Of a stretch of DNA of 64,000 nucleotides, positions 39,806 to 49,018 are shown one piece after another (position 1 is the first letter of the stretch; every line of letters begins with the position of its first letter). Under the pieces are notes generated by a model. It did not search any database. It saw nothing but the letters and a program-made list of their open reading frames with translations, and was not told the DNA's origin. The translations under genes were made by a program, and so were the position numbers. The stretch lies in NCBI GenBank assembly GCA_031441465.1, contig JANOEP010000027.1:10264-74263 (forward strand), given 5' to 3'. Source of the stretch: a bacterium (lineage in GTDB: Bacteria; Krumholzibacteriota; Krumholzibacteriia; LZORAL124-64-63).

Positions 39806-41514
39806 GCCTGACCTCCTGAGAGCAGCACGGGGATGTCGAGTCCGGGATCCGCCTCGGCGCCAGCCAGGTCCAGGGCCTGCTGCAGGTGGCGGCGGAACGT
39901 GGTGTCGAATTCGTGCGCGTAGTCGGTGGGGTTGTCGTCCCCGTACCACCAGAACCAGTCGCTGCTCTCGGCATTGGCCATGGCCGTCATCGCCGCCGCG
40001 AGCGGCCCCACGCAGCCGGGGCCGATCAGCGCGGGGTCGGGAGCCTCCACCTCGACGCCGCCGGCCAAGCCGACCCGGCGCAACGCGCCGGCGGCGGCCA
40101 GCCGCTCCTGGAAGCGGTCGCGCACGCGCGTCAGGTACTCCCATCCGCGGTTCTTCTCGGCGTGGCCGACCCAGGTCGTGAAGTCGGCCCGGATCCACGA
40201 ACCGGCGCAGACGCGCCCGAGTTCGCCGACACGGCCGCCCGCGACCAGATGCTCGTCGAAGGTCGTCCACCGCAGGTCGGGCGCCTCGGCGACGGCCCGG
40301 TACATGGCCTGCAGGAAATCCTGCCCGTTGCGCTCGTAGAACTCCCAGGGGTTCTCCCCGTCCAGGATGATCGGCACGACGCAGCCCGCGCCCTGGTCGG
40401 ACGAATCCGCGGCCAGCTCCGCGCGGATCGACCGCAGGTGGCCCAGCAGGTCGGCGACCGCGTCCTGCGCCCGCCACGACTGGTAGCGGAAACCCAGCGC
40501 GTCGCTCAGGCCCGTGTCGCGGAAGAACAGCGCCGGCGCGTCGGCGCCGCCCCAGCGCCAGGCCTGGAAGTGGCGCCGTGCGGGGGCGGTCTGACCGCTT
40601 CGCGCCAGGGAGCGCGCCAGCACGCCCTGGTCGGTCGCCGCCCAGAGGATCCCCTCGGTCTGCAGCACGCGCAACGCGGCCTCACTGATGGAACCCTCGG
40701 CCGGCCACATGCCGCGCGGCCGCACTCCGAGCACGCGCGCGGTCTCGTCCAGCGCCGTCTTCACGTGGTACCAGGCGTCGCCGGGGTAGCGGAAACGGGC
40801 CGCCGGCAAGGGCAGGTGCGGCAGGGCTTCGTGGGCGGCCTCGGTGTCGCAGAGCAGCGGCAGGATGGGATGGTTCAGCGGCGTGCAGGAGATCTCGATG
40901 CAACCGCGGTCGGCCGCCTCGCGGTAGGCCGGCAGCACGCCCTGCAGGAACGCGTGCTGGCGCTCGAGGAGTTCCGCCTTGTCCGCGGCCGAGAACCCGT
41001 CCCCGCGCGCGATCAGGCGCGCGACCGACGGATCCTCGCGCAGCGTGCGCCCGCACCAGGCGAGGTGGAAGAGCACCTGCAGGTCGAGCAGATCCTGATC
41101 CGTGAAGCGTTCGGCGCGGCCCGCCGGCACCTCGACGCCCTCTCCCCGCTGTTCCCACAGGGCGCGCAGGCGGGGGAACTCGGCGAAACGGCGCGCGTGG
41201 TGGAAGGCGAAGAAATCCCGCACGATCCGCGCGCGGTCGGCCGGGTCCAGGTCGGCGGGGGCGGCCCGGGCCAGCAGCAGGTGGTCGTCCGGCACGCCCG
41301 CGGCCGCCGCCTCGATCTGCCGCAACAACGAGGGCACGACGTTGAACACGGCGCGGGCGCCGGGCTGCTCCCGCACGTAACGGACCATATCGTAATAGCT
41401 TAGCAGCGCGTGCAGGCGAACCCAGGGCATGCGCGGCCGGCCCAGCGCGGCGTCGGTGTAGTCGGGCTGGTGCATGTGCCACAGGACGGCGACAGACAGG
41501 GGCTGGGGGGTCAT
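39802..41514 (-). CDS. GH57 amylopullulanase type (cytoplasmic)
   Basis: WHMHQP, HPILPLL, MWPAEG, ILDGENPWE, AESSDWFWW; no signal peptide. Confidence 0.92.
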   Translation of the reverse strand: MTPQPLSVAVLWHMHQPDYTDAALGRPRMPWVRLHALLSYYDMVRYVREQPGARAVFNVVPSLLRQIEAAAAGVPDDHLLLARAAPADLDPADRARIVRDFFAFHHARRFAEFPRLRALWEQRGEGVEVPAGRAERFTDQDLLDLQVLFHLAWCGRTLREDPSVARLIARGDGFSAADKAELLERQHAFLQGVLPAYREAADRGCIEISCTPLNHPILPLLCDTEAAHEALPHLPLPAARFRYPGDAWYHVKTALDETARVLGVRPRGMWPAEGSISEAALRVLQTEGILWAATDQGVLARSLARSGQTAPARRHFQAWRWGGADAPALFFRDTGLSDALGFRYQSWRAQDAVADLLGHLRSIRAELAADSSDQGAGCVVPIILDGENPWEFYERNGQDFLQAMYRAVAEAPDLRWTTFDEHLVAGGRVGELGRVCAGSWIRADFTTWVGHAEKNRGWEYLTRVRDRFQERLAAAGALRRVGLAGGVEVEAPDPALIGPGCVGPLAAAMTAMANAESSDWFWWYGDDNPTDYAHEFDTTFRRHLQQALDLAGAEADPGLDIPVLLSGGQA

Positions 41515-41606
41515 GGCGCTCCCTCGAAAAAAAACATGGGCGGCCTGGAACCTCGGCCGCGGACCCTGCGTAGAATACAACATCGGATCGGACAAGCAAC
41601 TCAGGA

Positions 41607-41663
41607 CCGACCCCGAAATTCAGATCCGAGCCCGAAACTCAGTACCGAATCCGAGAGTCATTC
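41607..41663 (+). repeat. three imperfect 19-bp tandem repeats
   Basis: CCGACCCCGAAATTCAGAT / CCGAGCCCGAAACTCAGTA / CCGAATCCGAGAGTCATTC. Confidence 0.7.
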
Positions 41664-41697
41664 CCCAGAGGCGAGAGCAGAGCGAGTCAAGCGTGCA

Positions 41698-41732
41698 GCG
41701 GCGGGAGCGGGGCGACCCGCTCCCGCCGTTTT
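41698..41732 (+). terminator. terminator-like hairpin upstream of malK
   Basis: CGGCGGGAGCGGG-GCGA-CCCGCTCCCGCCG-TTTT (13-bp stem, GNRA loop, T tract). Confidence 0.72.
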
Positions 41733-41816
41733 ATGCCTCGTTCAGGAATCCCCCTTGGAGCAGCGCACCCGGATCGACTAAGATCGCCCCCGTCCCGAAC
41801 CCTGAGGAGCGACGGC

Positions 41817-42899
<1,083 letters not shown>

Positions 42900-42916
42900 T
42901 TCGGGACCGCCGCCCG

Positions 42917-45148
42917 TCAACGACGGGGCGGAACGCGGATCTCCACCGCCGACCGGATCCGCTCGGCTCCCGGCCCTTCCAGATCCCAGTCCACGACCTC
43001 CCGCCCATCGGCGCCGCGGGTCACCGTGACTCGCAGCACCGCATCCCCCACGGCCACCAACCCGGACAGGCGCGGCCAGGCCTCCGGCAGCGACGGCGCG
43101 ATCGTCACGCGCGGCGGGTCGGCCGCGAGGTCGGCCTTCACGCCCAGGTAGTCCTCCCCCACGTTGCGCAGCAATTCGCTCAGCGACCAGGCCTGGCTGG
43201 TGGCGCCGCCGAACTCGTCGTTGCTGGCGGCGCGGTCGCCGTCGCGGATCTCCTGCAGGGTGCCGACGGCGCCTTCGTCCAGGATCTCGTCCAGCAGCAT
43301 GCGCGTCTGCCCGAAGCCGTCGCGCGGCGCCGGCAGCGCCGACACGTACGGCCCGGAGAGCCAGAGCCAGACGTCGCCGTTGTGGTAGGCCTCGTCGTAG
43401 TAGTAGCGGTCGAGCCAAAGGTGGCGCGGGTGGTAGTTCGGGTCGGCCGCGTCGAGGGAGCGCACGCCCCAGGGCGTGACCGTGTGTTCGCGGTTCTCCG
43501 CGACGATCAGGCGGCGCTGGTCCTCGTTGAACAGGTGCGGGGAGACCAGCAGGGCGAGCAGCCCGTTGGGGCGGTGCTGCGTGTCCGGTGAACCGTCGGG
43601 GTCGAGATGGTCGGCGATCCTCCCCCCGGCCACGAATCGCTGCTGGAAGGCGTTCTCCAGCCGCAGGGCGGCGGTCGTGTACCGGCGGGCCAGTGCGTCG
43701 CCCTGCAGACCGGCGGCTTCGCCGCCGCAGCGGACGGCCAGACGCGCCGCCGTCTGCAGGCCGCGGTGGAAGAGCGCCTGGGCCTCGACGGCTCGGTTCC
43801 CGCGCGGCGAGTAGGGATGCTGCTCGCCGCCGCCGTCCATCCAGGTCTCGCCCTCACCGTGCGTCAGGAAACCTTCGCCGTCGACGGCGTGAGCCAGCGC
43901 CCCCTCGCAGGCGCGCAGCACCACGGGCGTCATCTCGCGGACGAAGGCGTCATCCCCCGAGCGCCGCCAGTACTCGTCCAGGGCGCGCACGAACCACCAG
44001 GTGCCGTCGATGCTGGCGTACTGCACCTGGTCCACGGTGACGAAGTTGGGCACGCGGCCGAAGCGCGGGCTCGCGGGGTTGCGGTCCTGGTAGGCGGCGA
44101 AGGAGCGCAGGATCTCCCGCGCCGTGGCGAAGTCGAGGCCCGCGGCCAGCGCCCCGGGCAGCACGATGAAGGTGTCGCGGCCCCAGTAGGTGGTGAACCA
44201 GTAGAAGCCGGCGTAGACGCCGACGCCGCGCTGCTCCATCACCAGGTTGTCCAGCGAGACGCGGGCCCAGCCCAGGGCGCGGTCGTCGCGGGCAACGCCC
44301 GTGGACAGGCGCGCCGGATCGGCGAGGTCGGACAGCCGGGCGGCCCGCGCGGCCGCCAGTGCGGGCGCGTCGGCCAGCAGCCGCCGGGCGCGCTCCGCCG
44401 CCGCCGACGACGTCGCGTCGGCAGCGATCACCACTTCCACGCGGCCCGACGGCACCTGCGACGGGATGCGCCCGCGAATCTCGCCGGCCTCCCAGGGCGT
44501 GGCCGACTCCATGGCCTTGCGTGCTGCGTCGACGGGGTAACGCCGCGGCAGGTAGCGCCCGGTCGGCGCGAAGTCGGCTGCGCCGGCGACCGCGACGGCC
44601 AGCCAGGGCGGGTTGCGTTCCCCGGCGGCGGCCGCGGTGCGGTCGGCGCGCCCGACGCACAGCACGCCGCCCTCCCAGACGGTCAGGTAGTCGGGCCGCA
44701 CGACCTTCCACAGGAAGCGCATGTCGACCCTCGGCACGAAGGCGAAGCCGCCGACCGGCACACCCGCGTAGACGACCTGGAAGCCGTCGCTGCGGTCCAG
44801 CAGGGTGACGGTCTCCACGACGACACCCTCGGCGAGCCGGTGGAAGCGCAGCAGCCGGTCCGGCAGCACGGCGGCCGAGTCGGCGGTCGCGGCCGCCAGC
44901 TCGCGCCCGTCCTCCAGGCGCAGCGACCAGCCGTCGAGCAGCTCGTGCATGGCTATGGTGAAGCCGTGGTAGCTTCGGGTGTCCTCCCCGACGGCGCAAC
45001 CCGCGAGGTGAGCCGCGCCTTTGTCGGTGAAGATGAACTCGCGAGGGTGGTCGGGGGTGACCGGGACCGCCAGGTCCTCGAGCACTCCGGCGACGACCTG
45101 GGCGGGCAACGTCAGCAGCAGCAGGAACATCAAGCTATACGGTCGCAT
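42917..45148 (-). CDS. amylo-alpha-1,6-glucosidase (GDE_C, six-hairpin) with signal peptide
   Basis: AGFYWF..WGRDTFI, SIDGTWWF, TWMD, PRGNRAVE.QAL, RPN, WGVRSL, YHNGDVW.WL, QAWS; hydrophobic N-terminus MRPYSLMFLLLLTLPAQVVA. Confidence 0.88.
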   Translation of the reverse strand: MRPYSLMFLLLLTLPAQVVAGVLEDLAVPVTPDHPREFIFTDKGAAHLAGCAVGEDTRSYHGFTIAMHELLDGWSLRLEDGRELAAATADSAAVLPDRLLRFHRLAEGVVVETVTLLDRSDGFQVVYAGVPVGGFAFVPRVDMRFLWKVVRPDYLTVWEGGVLCVGRADRTAAAAGERNPPWLAVAVAGAADFAPTGRYLPRRYPVDAARKAMESATPWEAGEIRGRIPSQVPSGRVEVVIAADATSSAAAERARRLLADAPALAAARAARLSDLADPARLSTGVARDDRALGWARVSLDNLVMEQRGVGVYAGFYWFTTYWGRDTFIVLPGALAAGLDFATAREILRSFAAYQDRNPASPRFGRVPNFVTVDQVQYASIDGTWWFVRALDEYWRRSGDDAFVREMTPVVLRACEGALAHAVDGEGFLTHGEGETWMDGGGEQHPYSPRGNRAVEAQALFHRGLQTAARLAVRCGGEAAGLQGDALARRYTTAALRLENAFQQRFVAGGRIADHLDPDGSPDTQHRPNGLLALLVSPHLFNEDQRRLIVAENREHTVTPWGVRSLDAADPNYHPRHLWLDRYYYDEAYHNGDVWLWLSGPYVSALPAPRDGFGQTRMLLDEILDEGAVGTLQEIRDGDRAASNDEFGGATSQAWSLSELLRNVGEDYLGVKADLAADPPRVTIAPSLPEAWPRLSGLVAVGDAVLRVTVTRGADGREVVDWDLEGPGAERIRSAVEIRVPPRR

Positions 45149-45280
45149 CGGATCTCCTTCCCGCAGGGAGCGCCAGGATACCCCCCGCCGCGGCGAGTGC
45201 CAACTGCGGGGAGCGTGCCCTGCCGTCTCGGGCTTTCGAGACTACCATGGTCTGGCATCCGCAACGACAGGAGTCGACCC

Positions 45281-46552
45281 ATGATCCGGATCACCTCGGC
45301 GCGCCGCTGCGCGCTCTTGCTGCCCGCACTGCTCAGCCTCGCCGCCACGGCCCGGGGAGCGGCGCGCGAGGACTTCGACTTCGTCCTGGCCGGCGACATG
45401 CGCCGCTACATCGTCGTCGACGGCATCCACGGCTGGGATCAGGCCTGCGCGGCGATCGCCGCGGCCGGCCCGGGCGCCTTCCTGGTCTCTCCGGGCGATT
45501 TGGATCAGCAGGGGACCACCAACCCCGCGAGCATCGTCTCAGCCACGGTCGAATCCGAGATCGGACCCGGGTATCCCTTCTTCCCGGGCGTCGGCAACCA
45601 CGATGCGGAGCACGCCCCGACCATGCAGTGGCTCCGCGGCTTCGACCTGGGCGGACCGGGCCTCGCGGTCAACCCGGGACCGCCCGGCAGCGAGGAAACC
45701 ACCTTTTCGTGGGACTACGCGCACGCCCATTTCGTGATGCTCAACGAGTGCTTCGACGGCGTCGACGACACGGGCGCCATCTACGGCAACTGGAACCCGG
45801 CGTTGGATGCCTGGCTCGAGGCCGACCTCGCGGCCACGACACAACCGCTGATCTTCGTGTTCGGCCACTTCCCGGCCTGGCCCCGTCCCGATCGCGACAG
45901 CGGCCTCTGGAATCACGCCAACGACACGGCGTTCAACGCCTACGGCGGCGGGGTCTACCGCGACGCGCTCTGGGACATCCTGACCCGGCACCAGGTGACG
46001 GCCTACGGGTGCGGGCACACCCACACCACGAGCGTCGTGAATTTCCAGGGCGTCTGGCAACTGGACCAGGGCCATGCCCGCGGGCCGGTCAACACGAGCT
46101 TCAACGGCCTGAGCACGTTCCTGATCGTCCACGTCCGGGCCAGCGGCGCCGTGGTCGTGGACACCTGGCGGCAGCCCCACACCGAAGGCGCCGGCAACGA
46201 GGCGCCCTACGCCCTGGCCCACGTCGACACGCTGCGCCAGGCCGATCCCGCCACCGCCGCACCGCCCGCGCCGACGTCCCTGGCCGACCTGCGCGTCTCG
46301 CCGAACCCCTTCAACCCGTCGCTGCTGGTCGAGTGCGAGGTGGCGGAATCCCGGGACCTGAAGGTCGGGATCTTCGACCTGCGCGGCCGGCTGGTGGCCG
46401 ACCTTTGGCGGGGCGCCGTGCCCGCCGGCACGCACGTCCTGCGCTGGGACGGGGACGGCCCGGACGGGCGCGCCGCGCCCTCGGGCTCGTACCTCGTCCG
46501 CATGGAAGACGGCGGTGTCGCGACGAGCCGTCGCGTCACGCTGGCCCGCTGA
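45281..46552 (+). CDS. secreted calcineurin-like metallophosphoesterase with FlgD-Ig/T9SS-type C-terminal domain
   Basis: Signal peptide; AGD, GDLD, GNHD, FGH, GHTH; C-terminal PNPFNP...IFDLRGRLV...WDG...SGSYLVR. Confidence 0.88.
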   Translation: MIRITSARRCALLLPALLSLAATARGAAREDFDFVLAGDMRRYIVVDGIHGWDQACAAIAAAGPGAFLVSPGDLDQQGTTNPASIVSATVESEIGPGYPFFPGVGNHDAEHAPTMQWLRGFDLGGPGLAVNPGPPGSEETTFSWDYAHAHFVMLNECFDGVDDTGAIYGNWNPALDAWLEADLAATTQPLIFVFGHFPAWPRPDRDSGLWNHANDTAFNAYGGGVYRDALWDILTRHQVTAYGCGHTHTTSVVNFQGVWQLDQGHARGPVNTSFNGLSTFLIVHVRASGAVVVDTWRQPHTEGAGNEAPYALAHVDTLRQADPATAAPPAPTSLADLRVSPNPFNPSLLVECEVAESRDLKVGIFDLRGRLVADLWRGAVPAGTHVLRWDGDGPDGRAAPSGSYLVRMEDGGVATSRRVTLAR

Positions 46553-46578
46553 ATCCGTCCGGGCTTCCGGATATGGAC

Positions 46579-46608
46579 GAGGGCCCCGGTCCGCGGACCG
46601 GGGCCCTC
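46579..46608. terminator. hairpin between convergent genes
   Basis: Perfect 30-bp palindrome GAGGGCCCCGGTCCGCGGACCGGGGCCCTC; weak U tract. Confidence 0.6.
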
Positions 46609-46631
46609 TCTCGTTGACACGGCCCGTGAAG

Positions 46632-49007
46632 CTACTTCACGAGCATCATCTTGCGCACGCCCACCTCGCCGTTGATCTCGAGGCGGTAGAAGTAGACGCC
46701 GGCCGGCGACAGCTGTCCGGTGGCGTCGCGGCCGTCCCACGTCATCGCGTGGGCGCCGGTCTCCAGACGTCCTTCGTGCAGGGAGCGCACGAGCCCGCCC
46801 TTCAGGTCGTAGACCCGCAGCGAGGCCGGGCCGGCCCGGTTGACCGTGAAGCTGATCTCGGTCTGCGGGTTGAAGGGGTTCGGACGGTTCTGCTCGAGCG
46901 CCATCCGCGACGGCGTCAGGTCGGGAGCCGCCGTGGTCTCGCAGTGGTGCAGCACGTCGAGCTGCAGGACCTGGGGACTGGCGGTGCTGTAGTTGTCGGC
47001 GTCGACGGTGAACGAGCGGTTGGCCTGGCCCGTGCACTCGTAGACGTCGTTCACCATGTACTTGTAATCGGTGAAGATCTGGCTCGAGTCGGCGAACACG
47101 ACCGACTTCGAGTAGATCCCGTCGCCGGCCGTCGCGTCCGGCGTGATGCCGTTGTCGAGCATGACGTTGAGCGAAGGCACGTCCCAGCTGAAGCTCGGGG
47201 GCGCGACGTTGCTCGCGGTGCCGTTGACCGACACCACGTCGCCCGGGACGACCGGCGTCTGGCCGACGTTCGTGTCCACGCGGAAGACGACCCTGACCGG
47301 CCGCCAGGTGGTGGTGCAGCGGTCGAAGTGGACCACGGGCATGGCCAGCGGGCCCAGCGCGCCGCCGACGGTGTCGTAGAGTTCGTCGTTCAGGAAGACG
47401 CCGCGGTCGCCCTGCGCGAAGCACTCGTACGCGTCGTTGAGCAGGAACTTGTAGGTCACGTTCTTGCGCGAGCCGGCCGGGAAGGTGACGCGCTTCGAGT
47501 AGATGCCGTCACCGGCCGCGGCGTCCGGGGCGACGCCGTCGTCGGCCAGCAGGTTGATCGAGGGGACGGTGTAGTCCAGCGGCGCGTCGGAGCCGTTGAC
47601 CGCCACCACGTCGCCGGGCGCGAAGCCGTAGACGTTCAGGTCCACGTACAGCAGCACGTCGATGGCGTGGGCGGTGAACTGGGTCGGGTCGGCGTTGTTC
47701 CACCACACGTCCAGGACGTCCTGGGCGCCGGTGGCGAGGTCCATCACGTGGTTGCGGTTGCCGGCGATCGGCTCGTAGGTCGCGCAGTTGTAGACCCACT
47801 TCCACTCCAGGTTGGCCGTGGCGGTGCCGGCGCCGCAGTTGCCGGGCAGGCAGAAGTCGGAGGCGACTTCGTAGACGCCGCCGCCCTGGTCCACGCCGGT
47901 CATGCCGTCGCACAGCGACCAGGTCAGCGGCAGAGTGCCGCCCTCGACGGTGAAGTCGCCGTAGGGCTGCGTCTGGCCGGTCAGGAACTGGCTCATGCGG
48001 CCGCGGAACACGACGTTCTTGATGGCGAAGCAGGTCGTGCTGCCCGCGACGATGGGGTTGCCCGCGAGGTCCTTCACGTTGTTCACGGTGACCGTGTACA
48101 TCGTGGGGCTGGCCCCGATGTCGGCGTTCAGGGTCAGGTGGACGACGTTCAGGTTGAGGGCGTTGCGCGCGGCGGCGCTGACCGTCGCCCCGGTGACCAG
48201 GTAGTTGCCGGGCACCTGCGCGGTGGCGGCGCCGACCGGCTCGCTGAAGGTGACGTCGACGACGCTCGTGGTCAGGTGCTGCGCGCCGGACAGGGTCGGC
48301 GCGTCGTTGTCGGCGGCGTTCATGACGGTGAACGCCAGGTAATCGAACATCGGGATGTCGATCGGCGTGTCCCAGGTCGTCGAGCCCGGGGTCGACAGCT
48401 GGCTGGCGTCGTTGGCGGCGGCGTCCAGGGGGCCCTTGGTCGGGCTGTCCTGGGTGACCCAGGCCTCGACGTTGACGGCCGCTCCCGGCGCGACGCCCAG
48501 CGAGCCCAGCAGCACCCCCAGCTCGCAGAAGCCGTTGCCGGCGATCCAGCCAAGCGCGCCGTTGCCGGGCGCGGAGAGGTTGGCCCAGGCGGTGCCGTTC
48601 CAGTACAGGCCGCCCTGCCAGTTGTTGTCGAGGTTCACGTAGAACATGAAGTCGGGCTTGTTGGCGGCCAGGCTCCACTCCAGCTGCCGGCCCCACGGGT
48701 CGAGGGTGCCGCCGGCGGCGGTGCCCACGTCGATGGCGATGCCCAGCTGGACCGTGCCGAAGTTGCCGTTGTCCTGCTCGAAGCCGACGTAGAGCTTCAC
48801 GGCGTCGTTGGTCACGTAGAAATCGCCGATGTCGATCTGCGCGAACTGGGTGTCGCCGCCGTCGGCGTCCAGCAGGTTGGCCGGGTTGAAGTCGTTGACG
48901 CCATCGATGACGATGGTCTGCGGCACCTGGGCCGCGAGCGCCGCCGGCAAGGCCAGGGCGATCACAACCAGCAGCGCGGCGCGGGCCGGGGTTCGAGTCG
49001 TGCGCAT
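46632..49007 (-). CDS. secreted non-catalytic carbohydrate-binding protein (DOMON/CBM9-like, Ig, three CBM20-like repeats, FlgD-Ig/T9SS C-terminal domain)
   Basis: GAGGAGG RBS, signal peptide, repeats of V.F.V..(P)GD.V.VNG...DxG..PD..AGDGIYS...YK...YE...R, terminal QNRPNPFNP...YDLKG..V...WDGRD...GVYFYRL...KMMLVK. Confidence 0.78.
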   Translation of the reverse strand: MRTTRTPARAALLVVIALALPAALAAQVPQTIVIDGVNDFNPANLLDADGGDTQFAQIDIGDFYVTNDAVKLYVGFEQDNGNFGTVQLGIAIDVGTAAGGTLDPWGRQLEWSLAANKPDFMFYVNLDNNWQGGLYWNGTAWANLSAPGNGALGWIAGNGFCELGVLLGSLGVAPGAAVNVEAWVTQDSPTKGPLDAAANDASQLSTPGSTTWDTPIDIPMFDYLAFTVMNAADNDAPTLSGAQHLTTSVVDVTFSEPVGAATAQVPGNYLVTGATVSAAARNALNLNVVHLTLNADIGASPTMYTVTVNNVKDLAGNPIVAGSTTCFAIKNVVFRGRMSQFLTGQTQPYGDFTVEGGTLPLTWSLCDGMTGVDQGGGVYEVASDFCLPGNCGAGTATANLEWKWVYNCATYEPIAGNRNHVMDLATGAQDVLDVWWNNADPTQFTAHAIDVLLYVDLNVYGFAPGDVVAVNGSDAPLDYTVPSINLLADDGVAPDAAAGDGIYSKRVTFPAGSRKNVTYKFLLNDAYECFAQGDRGVFLNDELYDTVGGALGPLAMPVVHFDRCTTTWRPVRVVFRVDTNVGQTPVVPGDVVSVNGTASNVAPPSFSWDVPSLNVMLDNGITPDATAGDGIYSKSVVFADSSQIFTDYKYMVNDVYECTGQANRSFTVDADNYSTASPQVLQLDVLHHCETTAAPDLTPSRMALEQNRPNPFNPQTEISFTVNRAGPASLRVYDLKGGLVRSLHEGRLETGAHAMTWDGRDATGQLSPAGVYFYRLEINGEVGVRKMMLVK

Positions 49008-49018
49008 GGACATCCTCC

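Noticed and set aside
41588-41663. 19-bp repeats as a mini CRISPR array
   Set aside because: The units are contiguous with no spacers, too short and degenerate, and there are no cas genes.
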